Assembly: GCF_964204645.1 (NCBI RefSeq)
Contig: NC_134027.1
Location: 26,436,560 to 26,500,559 of the forward strand
Direction of reading: 5' to 3'
Origin: Tubulanus polymorphus
Taxonomy: Eukaryota; Animalia; Nemertea
DNA length: 64,000 bases
Shown: positions 15,001 through 27,182 of the stretch, piece by piece
Position numbering within the stretch: position 1 is the first letter of the stretch
How the letters are laid out: the number at the start of each line of letters is the position of its first letter
Translations under genes and position numbers: made by a program
Notes under the pieces: model-generated
The model's database searches: none
What the model was told of the DNA's origin: nothing
What the model saw: only the letters and a program-made list of their open reading frames with translations

Positions 15001-18000
15001 AAACTTTCAATGAAAATTGCACAAAATCAGTGTTTGGAATATTTCCCATTAATGATCGATTCATTTCTGGAAAAGTTAGTTTGGTTTTAATCGATCTGCA
15101 CAAGAAATTAAAGTGCGTATAACTGTGACTACTAGCGACACTGTGGATCCTCACTTGCCACAAGTGGAATCCTCAATTGCCGCAGTAGTTAGTCCCCTAA
15201 TGCACACTAGTGCATTCAGTGGATCCTCACTTGCCACGAGTGGAACCCTCAATTGCCGCGGTAGTTAGTCACCTAATGCACACTAGCGCACCTTGTGGAT
15301 CCTCACTTGCCACAAGTGGAATCCTCAATTGCCGCAGTAGTTAGTCCCCTAATGCACACTGGCACATCCTGTGGATACTCACTTGCCACCAGTGGAACCC
15401 TCAATTGCCGCGGTAGTTAGTCACCTAATGCACACTAGCGCACCTTGTGGATCCTCACTTGCCACAAGTGGAATCCATTATTGCCACAATAGCGTAACTA
15501 CCGTTATACGATGAAACAAATTCAGAATAAACTTACATAGAATCATTAGTTGGGTATCTCCATACGCGGAACCGTGAGAGTTCTCGGCCAGACATCTGTA
15601 AATTCCTCCGTCGCTTTGAGTTATCTTTCTAATGAATATATTCCCGTTCGGCAGTTGATAAATCTTCTGGAAACTATCTCGACTGATGATTAACTGTCGG
15701 CCGTCTTTGAACCAGGTTAATTTCGGTTTCGGAGCGCCCTCTGGACCGCAAAGAAGCGTCACGTTGCCGTTCGCGGGAGCGAAACGAATCGGGTCCATCG
15801 GCCGCTTACGGAACGTCGGTTTGAAGGCTGAAATAATTTCCAGGGTTCGAAGAGATTATGGACACGCAGAACTGTGGGGTCAAACTTCTATTGAACTGGA
15901 ACCAAGGTCCAGTTTTGAGGGTTATTACAAATCGGGGAATCCAAAATTTTCCTCATTTATTTCCATAAAACTTGAACAATTTGAACAAAAATTCCCCGAT
16001 TGAATTATAAGATATCCTCAGTGGATGCTGTTTCTAATCAAGAGTTTCCATGTGCCACTTGTCACCAGCAAAAACAACAAGAAACCAAAAAATTAAAATT
16101 CTCTGATTTTCAAGATGAGTCACGATTCCCTGATTTCTCTACAGGGAAAAATAAATCCACAATTCCCTGAGCCGTCATAATCCTGGATCCAGTTCCACAG
16201 TTGTGAGTTAGAGTTTATTCATTCCCGATGAGTCAACTCTAGTCAAATACTAACTCACAATTGTGGAACTGGATCCCGAGTAAAATGTATCGTTTAATTT
16301 CAAAAAGCTTAAGTTTGAAAAGTTTCATGTAGATGTTTAAGTACCAGTCAGCAATACATACCGAGAATATTAACTTGCGCACTAGAGAACGCTTCGCCGA
16401 GACTGTTCTTCGCCATACACTGATACATTCCCGAATCCTTCTTATCGTCCGCATTCGTAATACGTAATACATTCCTCGTTTGGGTAATACGAGCGAAATC
16501 CTCGGCTTTGTAATACGAATCGTTGAGCGGTTTCGCGTCGCGATACCACATGTACGTAATGGCAGACGGACTGGACTCGGCCTCGCACCGTAATTCAATA
16601 GTACCGCCCGCGTCGATGAACTGATCTCTCAACGGCTCGATGAAATATGGAGCAGCTACAAATAGAAAACTCTTCGGAATCAGAAACATCCGGAGCATGC
16701 AATAAGTATTTCAAGGTATTGAATGAATGAATGAATGAACACTTTATTTTTTAAATATAATTCAAAATTCCTTAAAAGTCCTTGAAATATCCATAATCGG
16801 CATCCATCTTGTCACAGCAGCCATTTGACTGGCTGGTATCAAGAGCCTCCACTTTTGTTTCTCATGATGCCATCAGGTTCAAATCCCTACTGCAGTAGAG
16901 TGTGACGATGCCAAGATAGATCAAATCCACGGCGAGCGAGGAATGTGGCATTCTCATGGTGCCATCAGGTTCAAATCCATGCCGAGGGAGGAATGTGGCA
17001 GAGTCTCACGGTGCCATCAGGTTAAAATCTGCGCTGAGGGAGGAATGTGGCAGAGTCTCACGGTGCCATCAGGTTCAAATCTGCGCTGAGTGAGGAATGT
17101 GGCATTCTCACGGTGCCATCAGGTTCAAATCTGCGCTGAGGGAGGAATGTGGCAGAGTCTCACGGTGCCATCAGGTTCAAATCAACGCGAGGGAGGAATG
17201 TGGCAGAGTCTCACGGTGCCATCAGGTTCAAATCAACGCGAGGGAGGAATGTGGCAGAGTCTCACGGTGCCATCAGGTTCAAATCAACACGAGGGAGGAA
17301 TGTGACAGAGTCTCACGGTGCCATCAGGTTCAAATCTGCGCTGAGTGAGGAATGTGGCAGAGTCTCACGGTGCCATCAGGTTCAAATCAACACGAGGGAG
17401 GAATGTGACAGAGTCTCAAGGTGCCATCAGGTTCAAATCCGCGGTGAGCGAGGAAATGGCAGAGTCTCACGGTGCCATCAGGTTCAAATCCACGGCGAGC
17501 GAGGAATGTGGCAGAGTCTCACGGTGCCATCAGGTTCAAATCTGCGCTGAGGGAGGAATGTGGCAGAGTCTCACGGTGCCATCAGGTTCAAATCAACGGT
17601 GAGCGAGGAATATGGCAGAGTCTCACGGTGCCATCAGGTTCAAATCTGCGCTGAGGGAGGAATGTGGCAGAGTCTCACGGTGCCATCAGATTCAAATCCA
17701 CGGTGAGCGAGGAATATGGCAGAGTCTCACGGTGTCATCAGGTTCAAATCAACGCGAGGAAGGAATGTGACAGAGTCTCAAGGTGCCATCAGCTTCAAAT
17801 CAACACGAGGGAGGAATGTGGCAGTCTCACGGTGCCATCAGATTCAAATCCACGGTGAGCGAGGAATATGGCAGAGTCTCACGGTGTCATCAGGTTCAAA
17901 TCAACGCGAGGAAGGAATGTGACAGAGTCTCAAGGTGCCATCAGGTTCAAATCCACGGCGAGCGAGGAATGTGGCAGAGTCTCACGGTGCCATCAGGTTC

Positions 18001-21000
18001 AAATCAACGGGAGGAAGGAATGTGACAGAGTCTCAAGGTGCCATCAGCTTCAAATCAACACGAGGGAGGAATGTGGCAGTCTCACGGTGCCATCAGATTC
18101 AAATCCACGGTGAGCGAGGAATATGGCAGAGTCTCACGGTGCCATCAGGTTCAAATCAACGCGAGGAAGGAATGTGACAGAGTCTCAAGGTGCCATCAGC
18201 TTCAAATCAACACGAGGGAGGAATGTGGCAGTCTCACGGTGCCATCAGATTCAAATCCACGGTGAGCGAGGAATATGGCAGAGTCTCACGGTGCCATCAG
18301 GTTCAAATCAACGGGAGGAAGGAATGTGACAGAGTCTCAAGGTGCCATCAGGTTCAAATCAACATGAGGTAGGAATGTGGCAGAGTCTCACGTTCAGATT
18401 CGAATCTCAGTTCGAGGGGAGGAATGTGGCAGAGTCTCACGTTCAGATTCGAATCTCAGTTCAAGGGGAGGAATATCTGGGTGATTATTAAGAGAATAAA
18501 GAGTGCGTTCTTACATTGCAATTTCAGTTCGAGGGGTTTTTCATCCTTGCCCTCACGAGTTTCTCTCGTTACAGTACACGTATAACGTCCCTGATCTTTT
18601 AATTTCGCGTTAGGGATGATAAGAACTCGATTATGATCTGATAATCTTGCGGTCGGAGGAAGACCACCTTTCCTATTCCACCTGTAAACCAACGTTTCCC
18701 TGCAATTTAATTATAGAAACGATTTCAAGTTTTCATTTTCGGTAACTATTTCAAATTTTATTTCATTCATCAGACAGGGTGGCCACTTTTATTTGACACA
18801 TGCTTTCCACCTGACTATTCACTGACATGCGCGTTGTTTTTCCTCATTTGATCTGCTTAGAATTCAATCGATCAACACAGTCAAATATGTAAGACATAAG
18901 ACCGAAACTATTACGCATGATCTAGCAATCTCTACAAATTTACCCGGCTTTTCCCAGGCTTTTAGTTTGTTTTAATCAAATTCCCTGACTTTTTTAAAGA
19001 AAAGAAAATTCCCCGACTTTTCCCTGATTAACCGGTTAGTGGCCACCGACCCTGACAGAGTTTCAAATTAACCCTTTCCGTGCTGACTAATTAATACCCT
19101 ATCGTGCTGGAGATAATTTGAAAATTTTGAATAATTCCACCGTAGTGTGTTGAATAAAGGGAATACCACTATAGTGCGTCATCTACACCGCGGCGCGGTG
19201 TATCGTTAGTTGCTGATATTTCACTATGTTTGACAGGTGCAGCCATTTTTCAAGAGAGATAATTACTAATTTACTAATTACATCAATACACCGCAGCGCG
19301 GTGTACTAGCAAAATCCCTCACTGATTCATACACTGCACTGCGGTGTAGACGCACTGAAAGGGTTAACTTACGTTCCATACGCGAAGCACTCCATACGAA
19401 CTGTTTTACCACGTTGCGGAGAGCTCGGGAATACTGTCGGAAAACCGCTGACTATTTGAGGCGGTCGATCATTAGCAACTGAAACAATCGCAAATTAAAG
19501 GAATGTCAAGCACCTTAAAAAGCATTTCTTTTTCGAAGGAGTTTTTAAGGAAACGAGGAGTGAATCGTAGGGAATCTGAGTGTATTCTAGTTACGTACCA
19601 GCAGCGGTGACTATCAGTTGAATCGGCATACTCTGTTTGCCATCGATTCCCGGGATGTTGATCATACAGATATAATTCCCGGCGTCGTCGAATTTCGCTC
19701 GCGAGAAATACAAATGTCCGTTCTTTGAGATGAATACGTGCGGTTTTAGATCGGGACGCACGTAATTTCCGATTGAGTCTTTAGACCACGAGTATTCACC
19801 GACTACAAAACAAGTATACATCAGAAATCAGAAATACTTCAAAAATACTCAAATACATAAAATAAAGCTATCAACTAGAACCACCACCTTTTGCTTCAGC
19901 GCTAAGTGTGGTTGAAGAATGTACACTGATAAAATGCCAGGTGTTCGTAGTTCAATTTTCAATTAAAAATGTCTCCGAGAAAGAACTGAACACATGTGAA
20001 GTGTGGACAGTAACTGTTGGTCGAAGAAAGTTCAATCACTGATTTTCGATTAAAATTTTTATTTTTTATTTTTTTTTTTCTAACGCCTCAACCCGCTAAG
20101 CGCCACACAGGGCATTATAAGCAGGTTCGATGTTTCTTTTTCCCAATCGGGGAGAGACCAGAGAAGAACCTTCGACCAAGAAACTCTGTCGCCACCAGGG
20201 TTTGAACCCATAAACCCTGGATTGACGAGACCAGTGACCGGCGGCTTAAACGACTCGGCCACTGCGCCTCTCGATTAAAATTGTCTTCACAAGTTCTGAA
20301 CACATGCGAAGTGCGGACGATAAAAAATTGCAATCAAGTATTGAAAGTCTGAAGGATCGACCGGGCTGCAGATTGATGTGAAATATAATTACCTGGATTA
20401 TGAGGTGGAGGATTACACGCTAAGTTTGTACCGTATTCCTGTTGAACTATAGTCGGCGATGGTCTGTTATTATTAAACTCATTGATATCTGAAATGAAGG
20501 AATTAAATGTTTACTAATTACACACAGTATTCTGGATCACGAAGGTCATGGTTCCCACAGTTATATGAATTAAGAATTCCCAAAATTTTCCCAAGTATTT
20601 CACGGGTGATTTTTCAATTTTCCCAAATGGAAATGAACACATATCATCATGCTAGTCAACATTTTAGTGGGGGCTGGTTGATAAAGGTGATTTTCAAGGG
20701 ATATCGCTGAAGATAGTTGCCCTTGGCAAATGCAATACGTGAAATGTAATGAATTTCCCAAATATTTCCCTGATTTGAGGAAAAATTTTCAAATTCCCAA
20801 ATATTTCCAAACCGGGAATTATTATTTCAAAATTCACAAGTTTTTCCCAATTTCTGTGGGAACCATGGAAGGTCCATCATTAACCCTTTCACTGAGTTTC
20901 ACACGCAAATGGTTAACCTCATGCGTTGTATAACTTATTACATCAACACACCGCAATGCGATGCACTAGCAAAGTCCATCAATTTATACACCGCACTGCA

Positions 21001-22774
21001 GTGTAGACGCACTGAAAGGGTTGAACAGACCCCGGATTATCGATAACTTACACGCGAAATTTAAAACGACGGGATCGCTGAGAATAGCGCCGAATCTATT
21101 GAACGCGATGCACTGGTAGGTTCCGGTATCAGTCGTCTGCGATGGTTGGTGTATGACCAGTTTACCGCCGGTCAACGTGTAATGACTCTGTACGTTCTGA
21201 ACGTCCGCTTCTATCATCGTTACGGAATTAATCGACGTTCTCTTCCACTTGTAACTCGGCCACGGATTACCGGTCGTAATACACTCCAATTCCACGTATT
21301 TTCTCTTTTTCGGCATGTAGAACGTATCTTTCGGCTGTTGGATGAAATGAGGTCCCTGTTCGATGTTATTCAAATCCACAGCGCCGAATGCTGAGAAAAA
21401 AAAAGAACAAATTCTTCGTGACTCGATTTCTACACATTGAAATTGAAAGGTACAAGACCAAGAAAAATTAAATATTACAAATATCACTAATGGTAATTAA
21501 AGCTTACTCCAATCTCGAACATCCGTCACTAGTTTCGATACTTCAGATTTCGCGACCTCACAGATGTACGGCCTCGCGACGGTGCCGTCTGCCAAGTCCC
21601 ACTTCCACGATATTCCTTAAAATACAAATTCATACAACAAAATCAATATACAGAAAATATGCAACTAAATTCAACTTCTGGGGGGGAGGGGGTTAACCAG
21701 TCCCGGACTTACCATTATCCTCAGTGTTATACACCAAATAATTTTTGTCCTTTTTCTCCGTGATTAAAGCAGGTCGCAACCAGAAATACGTGACCACGGG
21801 AGTTTTATCCGACGTCCAAATGAACTGATCAGGTAACGTAGGGTCGCGTATTCCACTGGTGTACCACGGCGCTCTGTAATTTAAATAATCAACTTAGGCC
21901 CTATATATCAACTATCTTGAGAACATGTTTCAGTAATCAGTTGGGTGAAGAATTTGAAGATTTCTCTTTCATGATTCTCTTCTGATTTATGACTAGACTA
22001 CAAGGTCCCAACAGATCGGTCATTCCTGGAGTTTTCAAGGAGTTTTAAAGAAAAAATTTCAAGGAAGTGTCCGCGTAACTTTCATATCCTAAATCGGTAG
22101 TTTATCTCAGTTAGCCATTAATTTGGTACCGATTTAGGTCCATCAGTTGACTTTTTTATGAACATGAAAACATACTTTTTTTAATATCTTAAACTGCAAC
22201 TAATATTAGTCATAAAATTTCAACCTGCGCATTTTATCAGCTCATGTTAAGTGCACTGATAACAATTTGTAGGAGAATATTCTAAGAATATATTATTATT
22301 ATTATTATTATTCTACAGGATAATTCCTACCTTTGAGTGTCATTCTGTCGAAGCCAGGCATTTATGAAATCATGTTCATATTGATCATTGACTTTTAACA
22401 TCTTCGCGCCGAGGTTCTGAAAAACAGAAATTCCAAATCGAATAAAGACTCCGCAACAGGCTGTGGCAATCGAAGATCATGAGAAAATAAATGACGTAGC
22501 CGTCGAATACCTCACAACTGGCGTTCGCATCTTTGAAATTCAGTTTACTGTACATGTTAAACTTGTAGCATCTTTCCTGCCATTCCGTCCATCTCTGCGG
22601 GCATTCTGAAACCAATCAACATGTAACGATTTATCGTAGGCAGAATTAAAGGAAATTGAGCTTTCGTGAGACGAATTCTCACGAGAACGAACATCATCGG
22701 ATCTTACCAAATATTTGTTGAGCAGAAACAGCAGTCGACAGCAAAAACAAACTAACTGCCAAACTCAACATCAT
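8589..22774 (-). CDS. Cont: Contactin, about 1222 aa: signal peptide, C-type-lectin-like domain, 6 Ig, 4 FN3, GPI signal; 24 coding exons
   Basis: GT-AG exons that stay in frame throughout: 22708-22774, 22511-22605, 22331-22416, 21713-21873, 21508-21615, 21052-21390, 20393-20488, 19599-19802, 19373-19478, 18515-18699, 16362-16655, 15537-15827, 14722-14897, 14151-14277, 13236-13394, 12610-12735, 12424-12518, 11716-11805, 11485-11635, 10929-11050, 10196-10385, 9468-9583, 8778-8955, 8589-8695 (total 3669 nt). Starts MMLSLAVSLFLLSTAVSA; Ig DxGxYxC motifs; contactin-like GGGGKVG and YSAEG motifs; ends SSGANSIRPLLGVVAAMIAAVFVLLK*. Confidence 0.93.
8970..9053. repeat. (TA)n microsatellite, about 42 units
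   Basis: Uninterrupted TA run. Confidence 0.97.
9054..9420. mobile_element. Cluster of palindromic Harbinger-like MITEs (CAGTTGCTCAAAAGTTGG family)
   Basis: Three adjacent hairpin copies; relatives at about 8085-8205 and 43748-43872. Confidence 0.62.
9655..10080. repeat. 53-bp minisatellite (some 43-bp units), about 8 units
   Basis: GAGAATCAGGGAACTCGGTAGTGTTGGGACTGCTGTAAATATTTCACTGAGTT repeated. Confidence 0.9.
12795..13225. repeat. Tandem repeat of about 106 bp, 4 copies, derived from a MITE interior
   Basis: AGATATCCTCAGTGAGGGC recurs at 12812, 12919, 13025 and 13131; a single dispersed copy lies at about 15995-16110. Confidence 0.9.
14313..14600. mobile_element. piggyBac-type MITE (about 290 bp)
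   Basis: TTAA|CCCTTTCAGTGC...GCACTGAAAGGG|TTAA; three further copies in the window. Confidence 0.88.
15125..15476. repeat. Tandem repeat of about 76 bp, about 4.6 units
   Basis: GTGGATCCTCACTTGCCAC recurs at about 76-bp spacing with alternating unit variants. Confidence 0.9.
16920..18470. repeat. Minisatellite of about 51 bp, about 30 units, in the contactin intron 16656-18514
   Basis: Unit GAGGAATGTGGCAGAGTCTCACGGTGCCATCAGGTTCAAATC plus a variable 9-10 nt; accounts for the many overlapping + strand ORFs here. Confidence 0.95.
18776..19054. mobile_element. hAT-like MITE (CAGGGTGGCCACT termini, rich in TTCCCTGA); representative of an abundant degenerate family
   Basis: CAGGGTGGCCACT...GTGGCCACCGACCCTG; relatives at about 10545-10860, 11152-11410, 15840-16185, 20548-20867, 28490-28690, 28820-29196 and 40570-40735. 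Confidence 0.6.
19072..19363. mobile_element. piggyBac-type MITE, copy 2
   Basis: TTAA flanks at 19068 and 19364; near-identical to 14313-14600. Confidence 0.88.
20058..20270 (-). mobile_element. Full-length tRNA-derived SINE with A-rich tail and 12-bp target-site duplication
   Basis: A box TGGCCGAGTCG, B box GGTTCAAACCC, A-rich 3' tail. TSD TCGATTAAAATT at 20046-20057 and 20271-20282. Confidence 0.9.
20884..21020. mobile_element. piggyBac-type MITE, internally deleted copy
   Basis: Same termini CCCTTTCA...GCACTGAAAGGG; flanks TTAA and TTGA. Confidence 0.75.
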
Positions 22775-23464
22775 CAACAATCGTCTTCTTTTATTCCACG
22801 ATCTATTGGGATATGGGGGGGGAGGAAAACAGATCAGTTATATTATCCTCCAATATCTAATTAACTGACAAAATGGTTGAGACGTTTTTAGGCGGTAATC
22901 AGTGCACACGTCATTTAGAATCGACAACATTCAGCCCCAAATTTTCCAAATCTTGACATATAGGCCTATAAACATTTCAATATCTATAGCCAAAAGGAAT
23001 CGATTTAGATTTACTAAAAGACCTCCCTGATTAATAGCATGCAGAAACAAAATGGTTTGGGAGGGGGGACGGGAAATTATTATTGGAGATCGCCATCAAT
23101 CAATCAGATTCAGATTCAGATCAATTCAAACATCACAAACGAAACAAGAAAGAAGTGACAAACCAAATTTCAAGCCTAGTCAACGGATTTAAGTGTAGCC
23201 GTAGTCCTGCCACTACCCCTCCCCCACTGACATTAAAATTAAGCAAATAACCAGATTGATAGAAAGGTGAGTCACTCCAAAAATATATCGAGCCAAATAT
23301 TTCAAAATACTTCCCACACCCACAACCGAACCGTTTTCATCAAACCGACAGCAACCTACAGCAGCCGCAGGGCGACACTGACTCGTGATCTTCTATCAGT
23401 TTTATGATCTAACAACAACACAATCTAACAGCAGCCTCATAATATAAATAGTGGATTTATTTAC

Positions 23465-23545
23465 CAGGTTATTCTGTGCGTATTCCTCTCCTCCACCCAT
23501 AGAAAATACAATAATCAAGCACAATATGGCCGCCGCTATACACTC
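23465..23545 (-). promoter_or_regulatory. Probable non-coding first exon and TSS region of contactin
   Basis: Donor CTG|GTAAAT at 23465. A YY1-like AATATGGCCGCC lies at about 23524. The ATG exon has its own acceptor at 22803. Confidence 0.4.
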
Positions 23546-24917
23546 GCGTGCCACAGTAGGTAATCTAAACTGAGCCAGATCATAACCGTCAAGTGCTGCC
23601 TCTCTGTTAACCAGTAGCGGTGAACGTGAGAACTAATTAGTGACTCGCATGCCGCAGTAGGATGATTGACGTACCCGTCAGAGTGTGTCCGTCAAGTGCT
23701 GTCTCTATAAATATGATTGACGGTGAATATATGAACTAACGGTAACGATGAATGTCCAGATCCGATCTGAAGACGGACATCATGGGGCCAGTTTTATTTT
23801 ATAGACTGATTAACTCTTAACCCGAGGCTAACTATTCATTTTCAACTGGATTAGCCCCAGGGTCAAAGGTAATACCAGTCTATAAATCCGGCCCCAGTAT
23901 CTGTCTCTGATTGACAAGGCCCAGATTTTAAAGTTTTCCTCAGCGAATAAGACAGCCAACATTTATTGCTCTTAAATAGCTTCCATGATCTCATTTGGAT
24001 GGAGATGGAGGGGTAACACTTATCTCAGTAGAAATGATGACATACCGTCAGACCACAGGCAACAACGGATCTTCCTCGAGTCATTAAAAAAAAGTAAAAA
24101 AAACACCAAAAAAAAACACCAATTGACATTTTTCAAAGTAATTTTTATGTTCCTTTTTATATACAAAATCTCGAAGAAGACAATTCTTTTCTCGCGTTCG
24201 AGAACGTTTTGGTAAACGATATTTTTCCGAGATAATAATTTATATTTACGGTATATGATTCTATACAGAGTTTTGTCTTGTTGTAAACCTTGGTTAGATT
24301 TCAAGATGATGTGTACACGATGTTATAAGATCACCCCCACCCCGCAAATCAGCATCAAGTGATATGTTTGTTTCTTTCCACACAACAATTAATACACAGC
24401 AGGCTGTCAAGAAGTTCCTTAGAAAAAGTAGGTTTCGAATGGGATTTTAGATGACTGGATTTAGGATTGATCGCGTAGAATATGGAAAATATATTCACAA
24501 ATACTCCGCTCCATTGGTACAGGAAAGCTCCATCAAAACATGTTGCAATTCGACAGGTATAAGCAAAGAAGGACAGAAGGAAAACTTACATCGAGGATAT
24601 GGAGATCTAAAACATTTACAAGAATTTCCGAAGATTTGCGTCATCATTTTGACGCATGTGGATAGGCATATTTTGGAAATGAGTAGGGAAAAAACATTTT
24701 TTTCGCCAAAAATTATGAGGAATTAGTTGGAAATTTTGCCAGGGTAAAATAAGGGAAAGTAGGGCCCCATGACAGCCTGACACAGTGGATGTTTTAATTA
24801 TCAAATATATCTTTGACATGATAATTTTCAAACAATTAAAGATGAATTGAGAGAATGCAGGATTGATCGATCTAACACATGTACCAGGTATAATCAATGC
24901 AAGTATTATTTACACAA

Positions 24918-24950
<33 letters not shown>

Positions 24951-26537
24951 TAATATATATACATTTATCATATCTATTTATACAGTGAATATAATAAGAA
25001 TCTATACAGAATTTGTTCTCTAGAAAATCACAGCACAATGAAATATATATAACTTACCAACGACAACAACAACTTTACAAACAAAATTAATACCATACTC
25101 ATTATATTCAATCCTATCGATCATCCACAACTTTTTACAAATATCCCGATCCGACGACTTCATTCTCTTTTCCCCCGATAACAACCCAAATTATGCAAAG
25201 CGTAATGATAATGTTCTGATGGCACAAAAAATTGGTCAAATTTGAGTAATTTGCAGGTGTGGATCCAGGGGGTCTTGTAAAGTACCAGTTCAATTGCCAT
25301 TGATCGAAAGAACTCTTTATCAACTTTTTACTGCCTTATTTGTGGAATCTTATAAACATCTCTTGTATGGTAGGTAGGATATGGTAAAGTTCCCTGCTGC
25401 AATATGCATCTTAACCCATCCACAAATTATCGAAGGCGACGCCTTTATTGCTAATACGCCTTCAAAATTAGTCCTTGGATCCGCACCCGATTTGTCATGG
25501 ATTCGTTTCAGGAATTCTGCTGGAAATTGATATATAATGTACACGTATTCAATAAAAACTCTTATTCAACAAAATGTGTTTTATGCTTGTTTCACATATA
25601 ATAAGTAACAGAAAATTGTGCAGGTAGCAAAGTTTAGCTAACAACATAAATACTAAAAACTCTTACGATAACGTCTTTTTTTTTTACTTCACGATACATA
25701 AAATGGACAGAAGATAATTATACATCCGTAGTAGCTCCACCTGGGAGTACACTTCGAAACTAATGCTGAACGGGACTCGGCGTCCCTCGGCGACGAAACA
25801 GAAATAACGAAAAATTCAACACAAGCTGACAACAATATTACAAGCAACTTATTTCGACCCTCATTAACCACATCTTAAACTGTCTCCTTCCTACCGCTGT
25901 ATTCTGTGTATTCACGGGTCGGTCAGTGAGTATCGACAGGGTCCCTACACATCCAAGATTCCTCGATGGAGTTTTCAAGGACCAAATTTCAAATTTCTAG
26001 GAAGCGTCCGCATCACTTTCATAATCCGGAAGACTCCTCTCAATTGGTATTGTTTGCCTCATTGCATTTTACTCGAATAAAACGATTTCAAACACCTTTA
26101 AAAGCATTCTCTTTGTTTAAAAGGAATCAAGGAGTCGTAGGGACCGTGATCAACTGAATCAATGAAAGCTTCATTCCTCGAATGGAAGGCGCATTAAAAG
26201 ACCTGCGATGGTAATAGGGTTTTAATAACCCGCTCACCTGTAAAAACCTAGAAACTAAATTTATCATTAATAAGTATCTCCTCTAATTTCTAATTACTAA
26301 AAGTTTATATCAACGAGAAAAAAAAAAACAAAAATTTTAACCAACAAAATAACAAAAGATTTTTGACATTTGATTTTTTGAAATGAAATTCATGAATTTC
26401 GCCATCACCTTCGCTTTCAACCGATCTACGAGTCTGTCGATAATAGTAATACTAATAATTATAATAATAATAATAATAATCAATTTTTACAAATATTTGA
26501 TTTGATTTTGATTACAGGACAGAGAGGGAGTTACTAT

Positions 26538-26769
26538 AGCCGCGATCACTCGCTCAATACTAAACAATGCCTAAACAAAGTGTATCGAGTCACTTCTAGA
26601 ACCAGTTGCAATTCATGCGCAATGATTTCACCCGTGCTAAAATTGGACTCGGGCCTGGTCTGACATTTTTGGTCATTCCAAACAGGCACGGGCCCATTTG
26701 GCACCCGTGTGGAAAGTCGTTCAGGGCCTAATTTGGCCCCGGGTCAAAAACTCACGTGTGATCGCGGCT
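26538..26769. mobile_element. MITE with 12-bp TIRs
   Basis: AGCCGCGATCAC...GTGATCGCGGCT. Confidence 0.55.
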
Positions 26770-27182
26770 TATTATAGATACAAATCCTAGCTAGAAACAT
26801 ATCATTATCGCCAGTTAGAAGGGAACTAACTTTCTGAACTCACTTATAAATATTGACTGACCGCGATACAGAACTCGAATGATTGCCAGTCTATTGTCTG
26901 TTCGGAGGTTTATATCCGACTGACATCTGCTGCCATTAATCCTCAGAAGAGACTGTTCACCATTTCTCATCAAGCGACGCCTTTTATTTTGATCCGTTTA
27001 TCACATATTGACTCTAATCAAGAGCGAGAAGAGAGAGAGAGAGTGAATGAGAGACTCTTTATTTCTCGCGCGACTGTTTATCCTTATCGTGTAGACATTC
27101 GGTCCCTTTTATCATCGACATTGATCCACAAAACATTGATACATTGTACGTATATAGCACCTATTATTTACTGTTGTTTATG

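Noticed and set aside
16920-18470. Repeat plus variable spacer resembling a CRISPR array, and many overlapping ORFs
   Set aside because: The variable parts are only 9-10 nt and recur, there are no cas genes, and the site is a eukaryotic intron. The ORFs are artefacts of the repeat.
20200-20270. tRNA gene
   Set aside because: There is no proper cloverleaf, and it continues into a SINE body, A-rich tail and TSD.
25689-25871. Hydrophobic ORF as a second SLMAP tail-anchor exon
   Set aside because: No in-frame acceptor was found; it is likely 3' UTR.
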